This document shows positions 20,888-30,035 of a DNA stretch of 64,000 nucleotides, one piece after another (positions within the stretch are counted from its first letter, which is position 1; the number at the start of each line of letters is the position of its first letter). Under the pieces are notes generated by a model. It was not told the origin of the DNA. It was given only the letters and a program-made list of their open reading frames with translations, and made no database searches. The DNA lies in assembly GCA_003650305.1 (NCBI GenBank), contig QMOV01000004.1:1194-65193 (forward strand), read 5' to 3'. The position numbers and the translations under genes were made by a program. This stretch comes from Bacteroidota bacterium (GTDB taxonomy: Bacteria; Bacteroidota; Bacteroidia; Flavobacteriales; Flavobacteriaceae).

Positions 20888-20926
20888 GATTCCCTCCCGA
20901 TAGCTATCGGGATTCGCGAGAATGAC
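20888..20926 (+). repeat. composite element: 18-bp palindrome TCCCGATAGCTATCGGGA nested in a GATTCCC...GAGAATGAC hairpin repeat (copy 1)
   Basis: 30 nt (20886-20915) are identical to the reverse complement of 32832-32861. 22 nt (20893-20914) are identical to 34287-34308. Confidence 0.9.
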
Positions 20927-20981
20927 AAAATTATTGAAACCTAGATGTAACCATCAAGGAATTTTAATTCAATATAAAACA

Positions 20982-21009
20982 AAAGCAGCTCTCAATAGAA
21001 AGCTGCTTT
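20982..21009 (-). terminator. intrinsic terminator of the rpmB-rpmG-DUF4295 operon
   Basis: AAAGCAGCT-N10-AGCTGCTTT. On the minus strand the stem is followed by TTTTGTTTT, about 20 nt past the DUF4295 stop. Confidence 0.6.
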
Positions 21010-21031
21010 AAAATATCTTAAACTATAAATG

Positions 21032-21184
21032 TTATTTTTTATTCAAAAAATCGTTTACCCGTTCTGGCGGCATAATTGATTCCACAAACATATAAGCTCC
21101 AGTTTTTGGAGATTTAACCATTTTTATAGCTTTTGTTAATCTTTTAGATCCTGTTTGTAATGATGCTACTGCTTTCTTTGCCAT
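21032..21184 (-). CDS. DUF4295-type small basic protein following rpmG
   Basis: 50-aa ORF, too short for the ORF track: MAKKAVASLQTGSKRLTKAIKMVKSPKTGAYMFVESIMPPERVNDFLNKK. It starts 12 nt after the rpmG stop on the same strand, in the rpmB-rpmG-DUF4295 arrangement I recall as typical of Bacteroidetes. Confidence 0.6.
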   Translation of the reverse strand: MAKKAVASLQTGSKRLTKAIKMVKSPKTGAYMFVESIMPPERVNDFLNKK

Positions 21185-21196
21185 AATTCAATGCCT

Positions 21197-21379
21197 TTAT
21201 TTAATTTCTTTATGAACTGTCATACGCTTCAAGATTGGATTAAATTTTTTAATCTCTAATCTATCTGGAGTATTTTTTTTACTTTTTGTAGTAATGTATC
21301 TAGAGGTACCTGGCTGTCCAGACTTTTTGTGTTCTGTACACTCTAATATTACTTGAACTCTATTTCCTTTTTTTGCCAT
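21197..21379 (-). CDS. rpmG: 50S ribosomal protein L33
   Basis: 60 aa: [48 protein letters not shown]. Confidence 0.93.
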   Translation of the reverse strand: MAKKGNRVQVILECTEHKKSGQPGTSRYITTKSKKNTPDRLEIKKFNPILKRMTVHKEIK

Positions 21380-21404
21380 GTTCTTTAATAATTAAATGTG
21401 GCTA

Positions 21405-21641
21405 TTATTTTAAAAATCCTTTAGATTTAGCTTCATCTATTGCAGCAGAAATCCCTATTCTATTAATAGTTTTTAATGCTGAAGCAGAAACTTTTAAAGT
21501 AATCCATTTATCTTCTTCAGGAATATAAAAACGCTTTTTTAATAAGTTAATATTAAATCTACGTTTCGATCTGTTTAAGGCATGAGATACTTTGTTTCCA
21601 AACATAGCTCTTTTTCCAGTAAGTTCACAAACTCTTGACAT
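21405..21641 (-). CDS. rpmB: 50S ribosomal protein L28
   Basis: 78 aa: MSRVCELTGKRAMFGNKVSHALNRSKRRFNINL. Confidence 0.93.
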   Translation of the reverse strand: MSRVCELTGKRAMFGNKVSHALNRSKRRFNINLLKKRFYIPEEDKWITLKVSASALKTINRIGISAAIDEAKSKGFLK

Positions 21642-21680
21642 TATTTCTGACTTTAAATTCAGTTATTTTTAAACGAGGTG

Positions 21681-21688
21681 CAAATTTA
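21681..21688 (-). promoter_or_regulatory. Bacteroidetes-type -7 box upstream of rpmB-rpmG
   Basis: The minus strand reads TAAATTTG about 40 nt upstream of the rpmB start. A second match, TAAGTTTG, is at 21708-21715. Confidence 0.35.
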
Positions 21689-21720
21689 CAAATTCTTTAA
21701 TAGTTCGCAAACTTAATTTA

Positions 21721-22971
21721 TCAATTTTTTGAAATTTCTTTTTGGAGCATTTCGAAGGCTTTATTTGCTGCCTTATTTACCACTTTTAAACGATGGTTTC
21801 CTAAATGATATTCTTTTGAATAAACCTTGTTTGAAGTTGCAATAGCGATATAAACAGTACCAACATCTGCATTGGAATCTCCTTTGATTGGTCCTGCATT
21901 TCCAGTTACTGCAATTGCAAAATCCGTATCAAATATTTTTTGTGCTCCTTTAACCATAGCTTCTGCTACTTGTGTACTTACTACCGAATGTTTTTTAATA
22001 AACTCTTTAGAAACTCCCAAAACATTAATTTTTGTTTGAGTTGCATAACTTACAATACCACCTTTAAAATACGCAGAAGCTCCAGCATTTGCCGTAATCC
22101 GTTCTGCAATCATTCCTCCTGTACAACTCTCGGCAACTGATAGTGTTTTGCCTAATTGTGTTAATTGCTTTCCGATTTTTAATTCGATTGAAGTTTCTTC
22201 ATCTTCAAAACCAACATAAATATCTTGAATTAAAGGAATTACAATGCTTATCTGTTTTTCAACTTCTTTCCTAATCTTCTCTTCATCAAATCCTTTTGCA
22301 GACAAGCGCAACCTGACTTTACCTAGATTAGGCAAATAGGCAAGTTTTATATAATCTGGTAGATTATCTTCCCAAGTTTCTATTTTAGCAGCTAGCATAC
22401 TTTCTCCTAATCCATAGGTAAGTAGTGTTTTATGTAAAATAAATGGAAGTTCATACTTGTCTTTTAATCTTGGGAGAACTTCGTTTTGCATTAAGGCTTT
22501 CATTTCAAAAGGAACTCCTGGAAGTGAAATGAAAGTTTTGTTTTGCTGTTCTATCCACATTCCTGGTGCTGATCCAAATCTATTCATCAAAGGTTTAGAT
22601 TTTGAAGGAATTAACGCTTGGTCTTTATTAATTTGAGATAATGGTTGCTTGATGTATTTTTCCCAAAGCGTTTCAATATTTTTTAAAACGTCTTTGTTTT
22701 GTACTAAAGTGTCGCTAAAATATTCTGCAATTGTATGTTTTGTAATATCATCTTTTGTAGGTCCTAATCCTCCTGTAACTATAATAATATCTACATTATC
22801 TTGGGCTTCTTTTAAAGATTTTAAAATGTGCTTTTTATCGTCTTGTACTGAAGTAATTTGAAAAACAGAAATACCAATTTTATTGAGTTCTTTTGCAATA
22901 AAAGCTGAATTTGTATCTACGATTTGACCAATGAGAATCTCATCGCCAATTGTAATTATTTCTGCTTGCAT
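21721..22971 (-). CDS. cinA: CinA family protein (MoCF-binding domain plus nicotinamide-nucleotide amidohydrolase-like domain)
   Basis: 416 aa. The N-terminus MQAEIITIGDEILIGQIVDTNSAFIA and the C-terminal SVAESCTGG motif are typical of CinA. Confidence 0.85.
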   Translation of the reverse strand: MQAEIITIGDEILIGQIVDTNSAFIAKELNKIGISVFQITSVQDDKKHILKSLKEAQDNVDIIIVTGGLGPTKDDITKHTIAEYFSDTLVQNKDVLKNIETLWEKYIKQPLSQINKDQALIPSKSKPLMNRFGSAPGMWIEQQNKTFISLPGVPFEMKALMQNEVLPRLKDKYELPFILHKTLLTYGLGESMLAAKIETWEDNLPDYIKLAYLPNLGKVRLRLSAKGFDEEKIRKEVEKQISIVIPLIQDIYVGFEDEETSIELKIGKQLTQLGKTLSVAESCTGGMIAERITANAGASAYFKGGIVSYATQTKINVLGVSKEFIKKHSVVSTQVAEAMVKGAQKIFDTDFAIAVTGNAGPIKGDSNADVGTVYIAIATSNKVYSKEYHLGNHRLKVVNKAANKAFEMLQKEISKN

Positions 22972-23312
22972 TATAAGTTGAAATCTGCCTTAATTTCTTC
23001 AACTGTATTTTCTACAGCTTTTAAAACGATATTTAATTTTTCGGTAATGTCTTTACCTTTTTGCTCAAATTTTCCCCAATCTTGAACTTCAATTAAATCG
23101 TCTAGCACACCTAATTCGAAAAGATCTATTGTAGGCTTCATTTTGTGTGCTGATTGATAGGTAGCTAAATAATCTTTACTATCTACAGCAATACTTAAAA
23201 GTCTAGCATCTGCTGGTACTTCTTCTAGAAATGTAAGCGCTAAGGTTTTGATAAATTCAGTATCGTTATCTGCTAATTCTCTTACTCTGTCTAGTTTATA
23301 ATGTTGTTCCAT
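22971..23312 (-). CDS. stand-alone Hpt (histidine phosphotransfer) domain protein
   Basis: 113-aa all-helical protein with an Hpt-like phospho-His motif (YQSAHKMKPTIDLF). Confidence 0.6.
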   Translation of the reverse strand: MEQHYKLDRVRELADNDTEFIKTLALTFLEEVPADARLLSIAVDSKDYLATYQSAHKMKPTIDLFELGVLDDLIEVQDWGKFEQKGKDITEKLNIVLKAVENTVEEIKADFNL

Positions 23313-23313
23313 T

Positions 23314-23925
23314 TTATTTTACTGTTATAGAAAATAGTTCTTGGTTTTTAATGAATCCTTTTAATTTATCTTTTGCAACCACCTTGCCAACTCCAGCTGG
23401 TGTGCCTGTAAAGATAATATCTCCAATCTTTAAAGTAAAATATTTTGACACATATTCGATTAACTCATTTATTTTCCAAAGCATTAAGCTTGTATTTCCT
23501 TGCTGTACAATTTTATCGTTTTTATATAAACTGAAATTAATATCATCTACAGTTTTAAAATTATTTTTAGAAATCCATTTTCCAATAACAGCAGCTCCAT
23601 CAAAGGCTTTAGCCTTTTCCCAAGGCAGTCCTTTTGCTTTTAACGTACTTTGCAAATCGCGAGCAGTAAAATCTATGCCAAGACCAATTTCATTATAATA
23701 TTTATGAGCAAACTTTTTATCTATATGCTTACCTACTTTATTAATTTTTACTAAAATTTCTACTTCATGATGCACATCGTTTGAGAAATCTGGAATAAAA
23801 AATGGTTGTTTCTTCAATAAAATTGAAGTGTCTGGTTTTAAAAACACAACTGGATTTGTAGGCTTTTCGTTTTCGAGTTCTTTAATGTGCTCTGTATAAT
23901 TCCGTCCAATGCAGATTAGTTTCAT
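23314..23925 (-). CDS. fumarylacetoacetate hydrolase (FAH) family protein
   Basis: 203 aa with the MKLICIGRNY start, HHEVEL, and IIFTGTPAGVG near the C-terminus, as in the FAH/YcgM family. Confidence 0.8.
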   Translation of the reverse strand: MKLICIGRNYTEHIKELENEKPTNPVVFLKPDTSILLKKQPFFIPDFSNDVHHEVEILVKINKVGKHIDKKFAHKYYNEIGLGIDFTARDLQSTLKAKGLPWEKAKAFDGAAVIGKWISKNNFKTVDDINFSLYKNDKIVQQGNTSLMLWKINELIEYVSKYFTLKIGDIIFTGTPAGVGKVVAKDKLKGFIKNQELFSITVK

Positions 23926-23995
23926 ATTCTTTTTAGATAAAAGAACAAAGATCGCTTCGCTTTTGGAAACAAGATTATTTCTTTAAGTCTTTTGT

Positions 23996-24016
23996 CTTTA
24001 TTCTTTATTCTTTATT
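23996..24016. repeat. 3 x 7 nt tandem repeat (CTTTATT)
   Basis: Three perfect copies span the stop codon of the exonuclease gene (24012-24014). Confidence 0.8.
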
Positions 24017-24788
24017 CTAATTTATTGTTAAACGCTCTCAATTTAATTGCTGTAAATACCTTTTTCGTGTATAAAGGGAAATCTGCGTTAAGCAACCAAC
24101 CAAAATAACCTGGTTCTTGTTCTAGCACATCTAACACACGCTTATTTTTATGCTTCCCAAAAGAAAAACATTCTTCTCCATCTTTATTATAAGTAATAAA
24201 ACCAGCAAAATCTGCAAATTTTTTACGAGAACTAAATTGTGCTAAAAACTTTGTGTCGTTTTCAAGCTCATCATATTTTGAAAGTTGTGCTTTAAGAACT
24301 TCGAAAGTTGCATTTGTATCAGCTTCTGCACTATGGGCATCTTCCAGATTTTTATCGCAATAAAATTTATAAGCAGCTACTAATGTTCGTTGCTCCATTT
24401 TATGAAAAATGGTTTGCACATCTACTGATACACGATTTTTCATATCAAAATCTAATTCTGCTCGTAGCATTTCTTCAGCTAATAACGGAATATCAAATCG
24501 GTTGGAATTAAATCCTCCCAAATCTGAATCCTTAATCATGTTATTAATTTCTCTAGCGAGTTCTTTAAATGTTGGTTCATTAGCAACTTTTTCGTTTGTA
24601 ATACCATGAATGGCAATAACTTCTTTTGGAATTGACATTTCTGGGTTTACTAGCCATGTTTTTTGCTCTTCTTTCCCATCGGGAAACACCTTTAAGATGG
24701 AAATTTCTACAATTCTATCTTTTGAAATATTAATTCCTGTGGTTTCTAAATCGAAAAAACAAATGGGTTTGGTAAGATTGAGTTGCAT
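24012..24788 (-). CDS. DEDDh 3'-5' exonuclease (DnaQ-like) domain protein
   Basis: 258 aa with Exo I FFDLETTG, Exo II motif region and Exo III HSAEADT. Confidence 0.75.
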   Translation of the reverse strand: MQLNLTKPICFFDLETTGINISKDRIVEISILKVFPDGKEEQKTWLVNPEMSIPKEVIAIHGITNEKVANEPTFKELAREINNMIKDSDLGGFNSNRFDIPLLAEEMLRAELDFDMKNRVSVDVQTIFHKMEQRTLVAAYKFYCDKNLEDAHSAEADTNATFEVLKAQLSKYDELENDTKFLAQFSSRKKFADFAGFITYNKDGEECFSFGKHKNKRVLDVLEQEPGYFGWLLNADFPLYTKKVFTAIKLRAFNNKLE

Positions 24789-24881
24789 TATTGTTTGTTG
24801 TTAAGTTTGTTGGTTGAAAAGACGATAAACTTTTATTTCAAAAAAAAAGTTTCAAACTATGTCTTTACTTATATTTATGAG

Positions 24882-24901
24882 ATCCCTTTTTTCAAAGGGA
24901 T
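24882..24901 (-). terminator. hairpin directly after the E2 gene stop
   Basis: ATCCCTTT-TTTC-AAAGGGAT abuts the stop codon (24903-24905). There is no clear U-tract on the minus strand. Confidence 0.3.
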
Positions 24902-24902
24902 T

Positions 24903-26213
24903 TTAGATTTCTCTATTCTCGTCCCAATCTTCAAGGTAATCTTTTACGGCTTTAACGAATTGTCCTCCAAGAGCTCCATTTACAACACGATGGTCGTACG
25001 AATGCGATAAAAACATTTTATAACGAATGCCAATAAAATCGCCTTCGGAAGTTTCAATAACAGCTGGAACTTTACGTATTGCTCCAAGTGCTAAAATACC
25101 AACTTGCGGTTGGTTAATTATTGGTGTTCCCATTATACTTCCAAAGGTTCCAACATTGGTTACTGTGTAAGTGCCATCTTGTATGTCGTCTGGTTTCAAT
25201 TTATTTAAACGTGCACGATTTGCTAAATCATTAACCTTTTTGGTCATTCCAACTAAATTTAGCTGGTCTGCATTTTTAATTACAGGCACAATTAAATTCC
25301 CATCACTTAAAGTAGCAGCCATACCAAGATTAATATTTCTCTTTTTTATAATAGTTTCTCCTTGTACTGAAATATTAAGCATAGGATATTCTCTTAACGC
25401 TTTTGCTACAGCTTCCATAAATATTGGAGTAAAAGTCAAGTTTTCTCCTTCGCGATTTTTAAAATCGTCTTTAACTTTATTTCTCCAATTCCAAATTTTG
25501 GTAACATCTGCTTCTATAAACGATTGTACATGTGCTGAAGTTAGTACAGAATCGACCATATGTTTTGCAACGAGTTTGCCCATTCTGGTCATTTCTATTA
25601 TTTCATCTTCACCACTAGAAACTGAAGTTTCTTGTGTACTTTCAGTTTCTTTAAACTGATTTGGTTGAGTTGTAGTTTTTTGTGTAGATTGACTTCCTCT
25701 ACTTTGAAGATAGGCAAGAATATCGTTTTTTGTAACACGCCCTTCTTTTCCTGTACCTAGAACTAGATCTAATTCAGATTGAGTAATACCTTCTTTTTTT
25801 GCGATATTTTTAACTAATGGTGAATAAAAACGGTCTCCATTTGATGTTACTTGAGCAATAGTTTCTTGAGCAGCAACTACTGTTTGAGTAACTTCTGCTA
25901 CAGCTTTTAAAGGAATATCTTGCTCTATTTCTTCTTCTGCTATTGGAGCTGAAGTAGAAGGAATTTCATCAGCATCAGTTTCAATGATTGCAATAGTTTG
26001 ACCTACTTGTACAACTTCGTCAACATTAAAGAGCTTTTCTACTAAAACACCATTTACTTCGCTAGGTATTTCGCTATCCACTTTATCTGTAGCAATTTCT
26101 AATATAGGCTCGTCTTCTTCAATAGTATCACCAATTTCTTTTAGCCAAGAAGTAATGGTTGCTTCCGCAACACTTTCTCCCATTTTTGGTAATTTGAGTT
26201 CAAATTTTGCCAT
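24903..26213 (-). CDS. 2-oxo acid dehydrogenase E2 component (dihydrolipoyl acyltransferase)
   Basis: 436 aa with a lipoyl domain (lipoyl-lysine context ATDKVDSEIPS), an E3-binding linker and the catalytic SHSYDHRVVNGA motif. Confidence 0.88.
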   Translation of the reverse strand: MAKFELKLPKMGESVAEATITSWLKEIGDTIEEDEPILEIATDKVDSEIPSEVNGVLVEKLFNVDEVVQVGQTIAIIETDADEIPSTSAPIAEEEIEQDIPLKAVAEVTQTVVAAQETIAQVTSNGDRFYSPLVKNIAKKEGITQSELDLVLGTGKEGRVTKNDILAYLQSRGSQSTQKTTTQPNQFKETESTQETSVSSGEDEIIEMTRMGKLVAKHMVDSVLTSAHVQSFIEADVTKIWNWRNKVKDDFKNREGENLTFTPIFMEAVAKALREYPMLNISVQGETIIKKRNINLGMAATLSDGNLIVPVIKNADQLNLVGMTKKVNDLANRARLNKLKPDDIQDGTYTVTNVGTFGSIMGTPIINQPQVGILALGAIRKVPAVIETSEGDFIGIRYKMFLSHSYDHRVVNGALGGQFVKAVKDYLEDWDENREI

Positions 26214-26296
26214 ATTATTAATGCTAAAGGTTTTTAAGTTTCTGCCTGCAAAATTAATGAAAAATCATCTAATCAATATAGTTTCCACAATTAATT

Positions 26297-27397
26297 CTAT
26301 TCAAAACAAATGACTTCTCCTTGACTTGAAGAACTATTACTGCCTATAATAAAATTAGAGTTTTTAGGTAAAATCTTGAATGTAACTAACTTATTTAATT
26401 CGCTATTAGAAAATTGCTTTATCGTTTCTTTAAAACTGATAACATTAGTATCAAAAATAATTTCGTCGTCTTTTTCTATATTTTTTACATCTTTTTTTAA
26501 TACTACTTCTTTAGGTAAAACTTGCTTGAGTTTATCATTAATAGTTTTAGAAACTAAAACATATTTATTTGCTTTGTTTGGTTCGACATTCTTTTCATAC
26601 CTAAAAAAATAAGCAATCTTGATTCCTAAACTTACCAAAGTATCGAATAATAGATTGCTTTTAAAATGCTTTTTGTAAAATATTTGCATCGCGTTATAGA
26701 AGTCTTTGGCGTAATTTTTATTTTTTAATGTGCTTTCTCCTTTATAATGAATAATTGTGGTGTTAGCAAAATAATAGTTTTTATAACCTGCTTTTAACAC
26801 TCTATAAGACAAATCTATATCTTCGCCATACATATAATAATCTTCGTCAAATCCGTTAACTTGTCTATAAACACTTCGTTTTATTAACATAAATGCGCCA
26901 ACCAAAACATCAACTTTTCCAGTAGTATCTTGGCTTAAATGATTTGCATAATATTTTTTTGAGTCACCAAATATTTTCTGAAAAGCGATTTTTACTATAG
27001 GAATATTACGCTTACTTTCTGGTAAAAACTGTCCTGTTCCGTCAATAAGTTTACAACCAACAATACCGAGTTTTTCTTGTGAATTGGTAAACTCCAGAAG
27101 CTTTTCGAACGTATCTTCGGCAACAACTGTATCAGGATTTAAAATACAAATGTATTTACCTTTTGCTATTTCTACACCTTGATTATTTGCTTTGGAGAAT
27201 CCAACATTTTCTTTATTCTCGATAAGTATAACTTCAGGAAAAAGTTGTTTTACCATTTTACAACTTTTATCTTTAGAGTTGTTATCAATCACAATTATTT
27301 CGGCATCAATATTAGAAATAGCTGCTTGTACACTTTTTACACACAACTCTAAAAAGTAAAGTACATTATAGTTTAATATGATGACGGAAAGCTTCAA
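26297..27397 (-). CDS. family 2 glycosyltransferase
   Basis: 366 aa with the GT-A N-terminus LSVIILNYN, VIDNNSKD, and DxD-type DEDYYMYGEDIDLS. Confidence 0.75.
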   Translation of the reverse strand: MKLSVIILNYNVLYFLELCVKSVQAAISNIDAEIIVIDNNSKDKSCKMVKQLFPEVILIENKENVGFSKANNQGVEIAKGKYICILNPDTVVAEDTFEKLLEFTNSQEKLGIVGCKLIDGTGQFLPESKRNIPIVKIAFQKIFGDSKKYYANHLSQDTTGKVDVLVGAFMLIKRSVYRQVNGFDEDYYMYGEDIDLSYRVLKAGYKNYYFANTTIIHYKGESTLKNKNYAKDFYNAMQIFYKKHFKSNLLFDTLVSLGIKIAYFFRYEKNVEPNKANKYVLVSKTINDKLKQVLPKEVVLKKDVKNIEKDDEIIFDTNVISFKETIKQFSNSELNKLVTFKILPKNSNFIIGSNSSSSQGEVICFE

Positions 27398-27403
27398 ATA
27401 TAA

Positions 27404-28021
27404 TTAGACTTTTAAGGAAGTTTCAAAAGGAATTCTATTTATAATACTTCTGCCCAGTGTGACTTCGTCTGCATATTCAATTTCATCGCCAACCGAAATT
27501 CCTCTAGCAATTGTAGTAGTAATAACATCCTTATCTTGTATTTGCTTGTAAATATAAAAATTGGTAGTATCGCCTTCCATTGTAGAACTTAACGCAAAAA
27601 TCAACTCTTTTATTTTTCCTTTTTTTACTTTGTTAACTAACGAAACGATATTTAAATCGTGAGGTCCAATGCCATCCATGGGTGAAATTTTTCCGCCAAG
27701 CACATGGTATAATCCTCTAAAAGAACTTGTATTTTCAATCGCCATAACATCTCGAATATCTTCTACAACACAAATGATATCTTCATTTCTATATGGATTT
27801 ACGCAAATTTCACACAGTTCTACATCACTAATATTATGACAACTTTTACAAAACTTAATTTTACTTCTCATTTGCTGTAATGCTTTTGATAATTGAGTAG
27901 TTTGTTCTTGTGGCTGACGTAATAAATGTAGCACTAATCGTAATGCTGTACGCTTGCCAATTCCTGGCAATTGTGACATTTCGTTAACTGCATTTTCGAG
28001 TAGCTTTGATGAAAATTCCAT
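27404..28021 (-). CDS. recR: recombination protein RecR
   Basis: 205 aa with HhH ([11 protein letters not shown]), the C4 zinc finger [16 protein letters not shown] and a Toprim domain. Confidence 0.92.
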   Translation of the reverse strand: MEFSSKLLENAVNEMSQLPGIGKRTALRLVLHLLRQPQEQTTQLSKALQQMRSKIKFCKSCHNISDVELCEICVNPYRNEDIICVVEDIRDVMAIENTSSFRGLYHVLGGKISPMDGIGPHDLNIVSLVNKVKKGKIKELIFALSSTMEGDTTNFYIYKQIQDKDVITTTIARGISVGDEIEYADEVTLGRSIINRIPFETSLKV

Positions 28022-28118
28022 AATGCGAATTTACAATTTTAAAACTTTTCTGGACACAAATGCATGAATGTTTCTTTTTGAATTGAAATTTGTATTTTGG
28101 CTGTCGAATTATTTTTCT

Positions 28119-29582
28119 ATGAACTCAACGCAAATACTTATACTCATTGCAACCTATTTTGGGCTACTTTTATTAATCTCCTATTTTACTGGAAAAAATG
28201 ATAGCAACGAAGACTTTTTTAAAGCTGGAAAAAAATCGCCTTGGTACATAGTTGCTTTTGGTATGGTTGGAGCTTCGCTTTCGGGAGTGACTTTTATTTC
28301 GGTTCCTGGATGGATAGACGGTTCTCAATTCAGCTATTTTCAAGTGGTTTTAGGTTATATGGTTGGTTATTTTGTAGTTGCCTTTGTATTAATGCCGATT
28401 TATTATAGATTAAATGTTACTTCAATTTACGAATACTTATTAGATAGATTCGGAACAGTAAGCCATAAAACTGGAGCATTTTTCTTTTTTATATCACGTG
28501 TTTTAGGAGCAGCTTTTAGATTGTTTTTAGTGGCTATTGTTTTACAGCAATTTGTGTTTGATGCATGGAATGTTCCTTTTGAAATTACTGTTGTGATTTC
28601 TATTTTATTGATTTGGGTTTACACGCATCGTGGTGGTATTAAAACCATTGTATGGACAGATACCTTACAAACGCTTTTTATGATTACTGCAGTGTGTTTA
28701 TCTATATTTTTAATAAATAAAGCATTAGGTTGGAGTTTCACAGAATTTCTTGCTTCTGATGAGTTAAAAGAATACAGTAAAGTTCTGGTTACAGATAGTT
28801 TTTTGGTGCGTAGTCATTTTATAAAATCATTTCTTGGTGGCATATTTATTACTATTTGTATGACAGGACTCGATCAAGATATGATGCAAAAGAATTTAAC
28901 ATGCAAAACACTAAAAGATGCCCAAAAAAATATGGTGTCCTTTAGTATTGTGCTTGTTGCTGTCACCTTTTTATTCATGCTACTTGGTGCGCTTTTGTTT
29001 ATTTATGCAAATCAAAATAATATTGCTATTCCATTAATGGATGGCACTCCTAAAACTGATTTACTATTTCCAGAAATAGCTTTAAATAGTGGTTTAGGCA
29101 TAACATTAGCTATTACATTTATGCTGGGATTAATAGCTGCAGCATACAGTAGTGCCGATAGTGCTTTAACATCTTTAACAACATCATTTTGTGTGGATTT
29201 TATGAATATTGAAAAACATCCTGAACAATCACAAAAAAAGCTTCGCAAAAAAGTGCATATTGCAATGAGTATTTTATTGGTAATCGTTATAATTATTTTT
29301 AAATATGTGCTCAATAGTAATGTTATTGATAGTTTGCTTACTGTAGCAGGTTATACCTATGGTCCTTTATTAGGTTTATTTGCTTTTGGAATTTTTACCA
29401 ATTATAAAATAAAAGATAAGTATGTATGGATTGTAGCTTTTTGCTCTGTAATACTAACAGCAATTATAGGTAACATTCCAGCCGAAAATCTTGGAGGTTA
29501 TGTTGTTGGCTACGAGCTTTTACCAATTAACGGTTTACTAACCTTTATTGGTTTAATATTGATTCGTAGCAAGAAGCGTTAA
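28119..29582 (+). CDS. sodium:solute symporter family transporter
   Basis: Polytopic membrane protein. The ORF track starts at 28068, but [14 protein letters not shown] (ATG 28119) looks like the natural N-terminus. Confidence 0.75.
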   Translation: MNSTQILILIATYFGLLLLISYFTGKNDSNEDFFKAGKKSPWYIVAFGMVGASLSGVTFISVPGWIDGSQFSYFQVVLGYMVGYFVVAFVLMPIYYRLNVTSIYEYLLDRFGTVSHKTGAFFFFISRVLGAAFRLFLVAIVLQQFVFDAWNVPFEITVVISILLIWVYTHRGGIKTIVWTDTLQTLFMITAVCLSIFLINKALGWSFTEFLASDELKEYSKVLVTDSFLVRSHFIKSFLGGIFITICMTGLDQDMMQKNLTCKTLKDAQKNMVSFSIVLVAVTFLFMLLGALLFIYANQNNIAIPLMDGTPKTDLLFPEIALNSGLGITLAITFMLGLIAAAYSSADSALTSLTTSFCVDFMNIEKHPEQSQKKLRKKVHIAMSILLVIVIIIFKYVLNSNVIDSLLTVAGYTYGPLLGLFAFGIFTNYKIKDKYVWIVAFCSVILTAIIGNIPAENLGGYVVGYELLPINGLLTFIGLILIRSKKR

Positions 29583-29915
29583 AGTACAAGCCGCTTCAAA
29601 TTCAATATCATGTTGTTTTAAAAGTTTATAGAATTCTGGATTTTCTGTTCCTGGATTAAAAATAACACGTTTAGGGTTCAATGAAACTATATAGTTGTAA
29701 AAATCCTTTTGCCTTTTTGGGTTAAGATATATTGTAACAGTATCAATATCCTCATAAAATATCAGTTTTGTATCAATTGTAATTTCTGAAACTTCGCCTT
29801 CTTTTAAACCAAAGGCAACTACTTCTAATCCAATATTAACCAAACGATTAATTGCCATATTAGAATATCTATAAGATTTTAATGAAGCTCCAAAAACAAG
29901 GGTTCTCTTTTTCAT
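29553..29915 (-). CDS. CoA-binding domain protein (YccU-like)
   Basis: 120 aa. The Rossmann-like start KRTLVFGAS with the [12 protein letters not shown] motif is typical of small CoA-binding proteins. Confidence 0.7.
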   Translation of the reverse strand: MKKRTLVFGASLKSYRYSNMAINRLVNIGLEVVAFGLKEGEVSEITIDTKLIFYEDIDTVTIYLNPKRQKDFYNYIVSLNPKRVIFNPGTENPEFYKLLKQHDIEFEAACTLTLLATNQY

Positions 29916-30035
29916 GTGTTAAAATAATGTTAACTGCTGTTAAAAAAAGTAACAGGATTCAAAATTAGTCGTCTGTTAGGTATAAATGAAATAAAATCAT
30001 TTAAAAGACAAATAATCAATCAATCAAAAAAATAA

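Noticed and set aside
24783-25010. 75-aa plus-strand ORF spanning the exonuclease/E2 intergenic region.
   Set aside because: It overlaps the start of the exonuclease gene, the E2 terminator hairpin and the 3' end of the E2 gene on the other strand. Its translation is Phe/Ile/Lys-rich with no features.
28068-28118. N-terminal extension [17 protein letters not shown] of the symporter, as given in the ORF track.
   Set aside because: The extension is hydrophobic and low-complexity and has no basic N-terminus. The internal ATG at 28119 gives a typical transporter start ([14 protein letters not shown]) and leaves room for the divergent recR/symporter promoters.
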